DNA of 56,576 nt, counting the filler, from Sluysia triapertura (lineage: Eukaryota), in NCBI GenBank assembly GCA_046118255.1. It is 4 parts of 4 records of this genome, joined end to end, with 100 filler letters (N's around TTAATTAATTAA, not from the genome) between each part and the next. Parts side by side here need not be neighbours in the genome. Positions count along the whole stretch, not along the records: positions 43,072 to 56,576 come from JBJNIA010036260.1; 3 more parts are not named here. One strand, written 5' to 3'. Both the position numbers and the translations under genes were made by a program. Every line of letters starts with the position of its first letter. Positions within the stretch are counted from its first letter, which is position 1. This document shows positions 49,752 through 56,576 of this stretch, in pieces. The notes under the pieces were generated by a model. It did not search any database. It saw only the letters and a program-made list of their open reading frames with translations, and was not told the DNA's origin.

Positions 49752-52700
49752 GTTGGTTTGTTTTATTAATTATTCTTTTATAATTCTAAAATTATGTTCG
49801 ATTTTGAAACGAAAATTCATCAAACTTCATTGATTAAAAATTCCAAGATTATCTTTTAATCTTTTGTCTAAAATGTTTTCTAAGACATTCCAACAGTTCT
49901 TAAACATTGTTCATTGAATTTAATTTTTATGATTTAAGGAAAGTAATTGTCTTTGTGACATCAATTGACAAAAATTGAATAAGTTTTTAGAAATGATTAT
50001 TAGTTGATTTATATAAAAATGAAGAAATTTTTTAATTTAAAATAAATATTTTATTCACTTAACGTTTTCCAATAATTTTATATTAATTTTAGTTTCCGTT
50101 TCCATGTCTTGAAATTATTTCACTTATGTGATTGTACTAACTATAATAATAATAATTAGGTTGTTCATTTATTGAGCTAAATCTTGTGATATTAAAGAGG
50201 TAAAGATATTGTTCTTTCAATTCATTAAATAACATTTATTGTGCCACTCAAACACCTAAGTAATATATGAATAATAAAATTTAGATGTTGATACAGCAAC
50301 ATTCTTATTAGCTTAGTGTTTGTGTATGTTTTTAATCCATTTACTAGAATGTAAGATTTATAAGATTGAAAATCTATTGTATATTTTCTTTCCTGCAGTT
50401 TTAATCATGTTTTATCATTTATTATTTTGATTAATCTGAAAAATATTTTCAGTGAAGTTGAAGAATGGAAAATAAGAAACAAACATGCACTAAATATTTA
50501 CTAAAGCAACAAAAAACTAACTAAATAAGAACAATTAAAAAACAATTGTCATACAATAAAGCTCAAAATATTATGTCTGAACTCAATTATAATACTTTGG
50601 AATTTTAATATTAACTTAATTTTCATATTTGTGGTTGAAATAATCATGTTATTAATTTTAATAGCACTTAGGGCGCTTACTGAAACTAATTATCGATATT
50701 ATGTTTTAAATACATTACTTTATCAAAATGAAGCTTAACGCCATTATCTTTTGACGTTACCTTTAATTTCGTACAAGATGATGACCAAGCCAGGAAACAT
50801 AATATATAAAAAACGTAGATTATCTTTGCGAAAATTTACTGTACCGTTATCATGATTTTCCATCGAATGTGACATTAAGCAGGAACATCTTATCGTTTTT
50901 AAAAATTGTGACGAAAAATGTGCAAATTATGTTTCTGAGTTACGTCGAAGAAAGATAGGAACTATGCCCAGTAGAAAAATCTATCAAAATCACTGAAATT
51001 TGAATATTCACTAAATTTGTCGATCACATTTAAAATGACTAATTTCCAAATAAACATTAAAAGAAATTATGAATTATGTAAAGGTGTAAAAAGTTTTTAT
51101 ATTTTTTGTATGTTTAAAAATAATTGTAAAAATTATTAAAATTACTATTATTTAAAAAATCTTAATAATAATTAAATCAAAATTTATAATTAATTATTTT
51201 AAAAGTAATCAAAAAGAATATTCGATAACAGAGAATTGTTTTACTAAATTAATTTTAAAAATATGCATGTCTTTATACGTATAAGTCTATAAAGAAAAAC
51301 AAAGATGAAGAAGCCATAATTAATTTGCCATCAATTCAAAATTAATACACCATTGTTATTACGCCATTTGTATGAAATTTTGAAGAAAATATAACTGTTG
51401 TAGCAGACGCCATTAATTCAAAATTATCAATTCCATGCACCGTTTTTGGTTATTCTCTGTGATCCATAAGTTATCAAGTCAATCAAGCATCTAGTAGCAT
51501 TATATCCCTCGTGTGCGATAAGAGAGATTGCAACTTCCAATTCTCAGCAAACTATTCAATCAAATTACCTCGAATAACACTTCCAGAGCTTGAACATTAA
51601 TTTATTAATTGAATTTGTAATTTTGTTTTGCATAGATTGAAAACTCGCTAGAGTTAAAATATTCACGTAAAATGTCTAATTTCGGTTGATCATTAAGATC
51701 AATCAAAAAATCATTTTAAAATCTAAAATTATCGCCTTTTAGTTGATCCTTAAGATAAATTATAAAATATTTATCAATAGGTAGAGCCTTCGGGCTAGAC
51801 CTTTTATTATAAATCACTTCATATTATTATTATTATACTTTTATTATTTAAAAAATTTAATTATTGGTGTTTTATATCCTTATAAATTCATAATTTTTTT
51901 ATTTTAATTCATTGCATTTAATAAGTGTATAATATAATAAAATTTGGATATTTTGGAGTTTTAATTTATTGTTATTTTGACGTTCGAATTGTGATAAAAG
52001 TCAATTTTACTTTTTTATATTGTAGAAAGTTTAAAACTTAGATAAGATTTTATTATTGGAAGTATTATGATTAAAGTGTAAACTCATTAATTCTTTAGAA
52101 AAATCGAAAATCTAACGTTTATTATAGTAAGACTTAGTAAAACGTTAAAGATAAAAGAGTAATACGTTTCTATAAGAATATTGTTAACCTTATTCTTACG
52201 TAAACTTAAATATTACATACACCAGCGTTGGTCTTGATTATTTTTAAAGCTATTTAGTATCAGTCGACATAACCGAAGATTTTGTCCACTATCGTTCAAG
52301 TTAAGGCAAAGAGTATTTTTTTATACACTTAATCTTAATAATTGTTTTCACGTAATTTTACAGGTACGCAATTAGTAAGTCCTATACTGTAAATGGACTC
52401 AGAATAATAATAATTTATTTTGCTGGTAGTTAAGTTCTTTTATTAAGAAAATCACCCATCATGGAAATGTTTGTCATATCTATTACAGTTTGATTTCTAG
52501 GATTTTTAAATATTATTAATAAACAAATTACTTTTAAATTTCAATTACGATGATCAACATCTTGATGAAATAAATGTTGAGTTATAAAAATTACAGTCTA
52601 GCTATTTTAATGAATAAATTATTAAAATCATCCTGTTTATTATCTTCCTCGTATAATTCATCAATAACGCTTAATTTATATATTTGTAGTGTTCTTGACC

Positions 52701-54159
52701 AGTTTTCTCCAAATCATTAATTACTTTAATATTTTTTAATTTAACAAATTCGGCTTGAGTTAATCATGTTTCCCGCTCACCTTGATGCCAGTACATTTTA
52801 CTAAATTTATTTTTAAACATATACTTTGTGTGATTTGCATATAAACTGTGTTTTCCACTACTGCTTTGACTTACAATTTGGTACGCTGCGTTATTATTTA
52901 AATCCATTTATAACAACATATATTAAATCAGAATAATATATTAATTAATTATTCACATTTTTTAAAATCTTTCTAGTAATTCTTTGAGAAATGTCTATTT
53001 ATCTTTATATTCCAAATGCTCATATCACGAAATTAATTTAGGAGCAGTGTATGGAAATATTCTTTGCCTAATTAAATAAAATTAATAAAATCTTACCACT
53101 GTTTATAATAGTTTGGCTACAAATAACTGAGATCTACGTCACAAACACAAATTTAAAGACAAAATATAAAGATACTAGAAATAAATTGAAAGATAAGTTA
53201 AAAGTTACGGATACATTGTGTTTTCCTTTGTCTGAGAGTCCTTACTGATATTCATTACTTTTGTTTATTTAGACGCATTACGTATGCAATACAATTTTAA
53301 AATGAATCATAAATAATTATAAATTTATGAATTGCTACTCTAATTTTATAATTATAGAAATATTAGGTTTATTTTGATAGATATATTTGTCAAATATCTG
53401 TAAATAATGTTTATCTTTAAAGACTATTATCGATGAATAAAGTTTATCATAAATTTTTACGAAAGTCCGATTAAGATTTAATTTTTTGGTCATAGTTAAT
53501 TGATTCATTTTTTTACCAAAAATATAAATAATTTAAAGTTTTATTAAAGTTTTCTTAATAATTCTAATAGCTTTAATTGTTACCTGTTGCATTTGTAAAA
53601 TAATCAGAAATGAATTTACAAAATAAATTAACATACAAAAGTAGAAGGTAAAATTATTGTACTACAATTATAATGAAAATTAAATATTTCTAAATTTTCA
53701 ATGTATAATTGTACCTTTTCTGTTAATTATGTTATTTCGTTACATCTAATTTAAGAAATATATAATTTAAGATACTAAGTATTATAATTATAATTATGAT
53801 TATATTGTTATGTTTTTGATTTATAATGATTGTTTTGAATTTTCTCTAAAATTTGCATTCCCTCGGGTTTATGATGCTGATAAATCATTGATTTTCTTTT
53901 TCATTAAATATATATATATATATTATTAATTCATAATGGTTAAAAATATAAAGACTTCTTTTTCTGTGAAGGTAATTATAAAAATATCAATATTATAGAA
54001 AATGTTAACTTTGCATTACACATTATTTAATGTAAATAATTAAATTTGTACTCAATCATACTGTGTTAACATTTACTAAATAATATAATAATGCATATAT
54101 AAAACAAAATACATAATAAATAAAAAACACCTATTGGTAATATATTAATTTTGTTTTTG

Positions 54160-54390
54160 TACTTGTTTCAATATGCTATATCACGGATGGCAAAGACATC
54201 GACAGTGTAATCATCTGCAAATAAAAATTCATATCCTAGAAAAAAATTACATTTACCTATTTTTACTTCCCTGTAATAAAGTAATTAAATATAATTAATT
54301 TCGAATAGACATGAGTAAACGTTAAATAGTATTCTTTTTTGTGTAAATATTCCTGCAACTGGGCACCTCAGTTTGAATTTCGAACTATGT
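54160..54390 (-). mobile_element. Non-LTR reverse transcriptase remnant
   Basis: FEIQTEVP (cf. ..GVPQG) followed by FLFADD. Confidence 0.55.
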
Positions 54391-54559
54391 GGTAATTAAT
54401 TATATCAATTAATTTATTTGTTGCTTCATAAATATGAAGAATTTTTTCTAGTCATATTGACTCAACCACTCAAATAAAACTAAAACATATCACTGTCATA
54501 GTGAATGGGAACAATACTTTTCTTCATTATGGTGTAAGGATCCAATGTTTGGCGACATT

Positions 54560-55770
54560 TTCAAACTGTTCGATTAAAATTCGAAACACGAAAAGGAAAA
54601 GTAAAGTAAATGTACCCGAGCCAATGTTTTTATGAAGCATTTATGATAACTGGGGAACTATTGTTTATAGATTTTGAAATTAAATCTGAAACACTGGATT
54701 TTACCAACACTATTATGCATCAAACGGTGCACACTGGTAAAGATTTGCAGGAATATATTAAGAATTATTTGATGCATCTATAGATTTCACTGATACTGCA
54801 CAACTATTCCTCCAATTAAAGGACAAATAAGAGGTCGAGGTATTTACAATTTATTTAAATATTTTCAGATTCATAAGTTGGTATTAATCACGACTGATGA
54901 TGGGTGATTGGCAAACATGCTGAATCAATTAAACGTTGTAAAATGATGAAGAAATACCAAGTTTTAGTTCGCATTATCGTATTATCCAGCAACAAACTTT
55001 TATTCTCAAAGATAGTGAATTCGAACCATGTAATAAATAATACATTTAAAATGGTTAATTTTATTCGTAGAATAAGCCAACAACAGCAGCAGTTAAAATT
55101 TTTTAATGCCATTCAGAAATACTTTACCTGAAATAAAAAATCATAAACTAAAAACGAGAAGAATCGTATTCTCAATTGGAAAAAAACTGACCACAAGAAC
55201 TTACTTTTCTTTGTGACCTTAGAGAACAGTTGAATAAGTTAAATTTACAGCTTCAGGGGAAACACGAATGATAATGGCAATGAAAATGTTGTCCATGTTT
55301 GAATGTCAAGTAACATGAAATGTTTTGAAATATTTCAAAAAACTGTTTACGATCAATATACCAATCAGGTCACTGCTCTTTTAAACGAATTCAGTACATA
55401 TTTTAACGATTGTTTTAAAACTGTAAAAATTGCTACCTTCACGTCAATTAAGTTTAATGATTTTATCAATAGAGAAGAGATCGCTACGAAAATTAATGAA
55501 TTTATGTATCCAAATGCAGCAAGCCTCGAAAACGAAATAATAATATTAAAAAGTGATATATTCATTACACTTGGCAGTAATCTTTAGCAAGAAGAATGTC
55601 CAAATTTTCGAAGAGTTACGGAATATCTATCTGCATTTTTGGGTTCAACTACCTTTGCGAATTAAGTAAAAACATCGATTTCTTTTAACAGATGGTCATT
55701 TAGATTCATGCCTGAGACTCACCATAAGCCTTTATGAGTCAAAATTTAAAGTTCCAAGTATAAGGTGCAC
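54560..55770 (+). mobile_element. hAT SPIN/GTF2IRD2-like transposase pseudogene
   Basis: DASIDFTDTAQL, PIKGQIRGRGIY, KLVLITTDDG, MIGK, LNKLNLQLQG, and C-terminal S.FLGSTYLCE-like and LTDGHLDSCLR dimerisation motifs; many stops and frameshifts. Confidence 0.85.
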
Positions 55771-56576
55771 ATAGCAATGAATAAGAATTGTTAATTTCAT
55801 TTATGTATTATCTTACTTTCAATTTTTGTCTTATTTGTAACTATATAAACTTATACTTTACTAATTTAATTTGGTATTAATGAAATAAGTAGATTACAGT
55901 TGAAAGCACTCCTTTGATAATTAAAACAATTCCTCAGTGTTAGGTCAAATTTTATGTGCGTTAAATCGGTGTTAGGTTAAAGTTTAAAATATGAACGTTA
56001 AATTCGTTAAAGTTTAATTTATATATAATATTTGTATGTAATTGTATAAATTTAAAGTTTTTATCAACAAGTTAAATCATAATTTGTGTAAATTTATTTC
56101 AAATAAATCAATATTTCAATTAATTTAAATTCTTTAATACTTTGGATAATTTTTTAAAGAAAACAAATAAGTAAGTATTTTTGAATATTTTTTAATATTT
56201 AATTTAATTAAAAAATAATTAAAATGAACAAGTATATTATATAAGGGACTATAAAATATTTATTATTGTTAAAATTTTTATTTGTTTAAATTATTGTGAC
56301 CTCAAGGTCATTTCTTTGATATATAAACCGTTAAACTAAGAACCATCTTTGACGCGTTTTTTCAAGTTAAATCTCATCTGCCAAATTTCTGACAGTATTC
56401 ATTGTTCTTTACTTCGACGTCGCATTAATACTATTAGACTGTTCGATTTATTCCACGGAACGATTTTTGAAACAAAAGTTATCATTAGTATCATTATATA
56501 AGTTTCTCGCAATTTATAATATTGCTTTTCTAAATTATTACGTAAAATATTTTGACTTAACGCTACTATTTAATGG

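Noticed and set aside
50883-50996. FKNCDEKCANY...PSRKIY as CLPX exon 2
   Set aside because: The acceptor phase is incompatible with the exon 1 donor, the cysteine spacing is wrong and the frame stops immediately.

Overview
A very AT-rich animal genomic window (probably flatworm-like, inferred from the MARK sequence). It is four contigs joined by artificial N44-TTAATTAATTAA-N44 linkers. Host genes: four spliced exons of a MARK/PAR-1 kinase (27407-35909, +), a probable first exon of mitochondrial CLPX (49454-49751, +), and an intact intronless 390-aa orphan ORF with internal 12/36-aa repeats (1471-2643, -). Most other sequence is decayed mobile DNA: L2 LINE tails, gypsy pol, mariner DD34D and DD37D, pogo, hAT, Helitron and three TTAA-flanked piggyBac-type MITEs. 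A deletion-riddled PRMT1 pseudogene is also present. Two observations stand out. (1) A ~2.1 kb compositionally foreign island (about 18710-20810) carries three intact spliced 3' exons of MAEA/GID9 with nematode-like acceptors and codon usage unlike the host exons; it could be an animal-to-animal transfer or an assembly chimera. (2) A recurring module consists of a TGTAGTGGYCAAC-like terminus, a strand-biased block, a TAA tract, paired inverted CCAAT boxes and an intronless orphan ORF. It has one intact and several decayed members and may be an undescribed cargo-carrying element or gene family. All homology calls come from motif recognition by eye; no searches were run.
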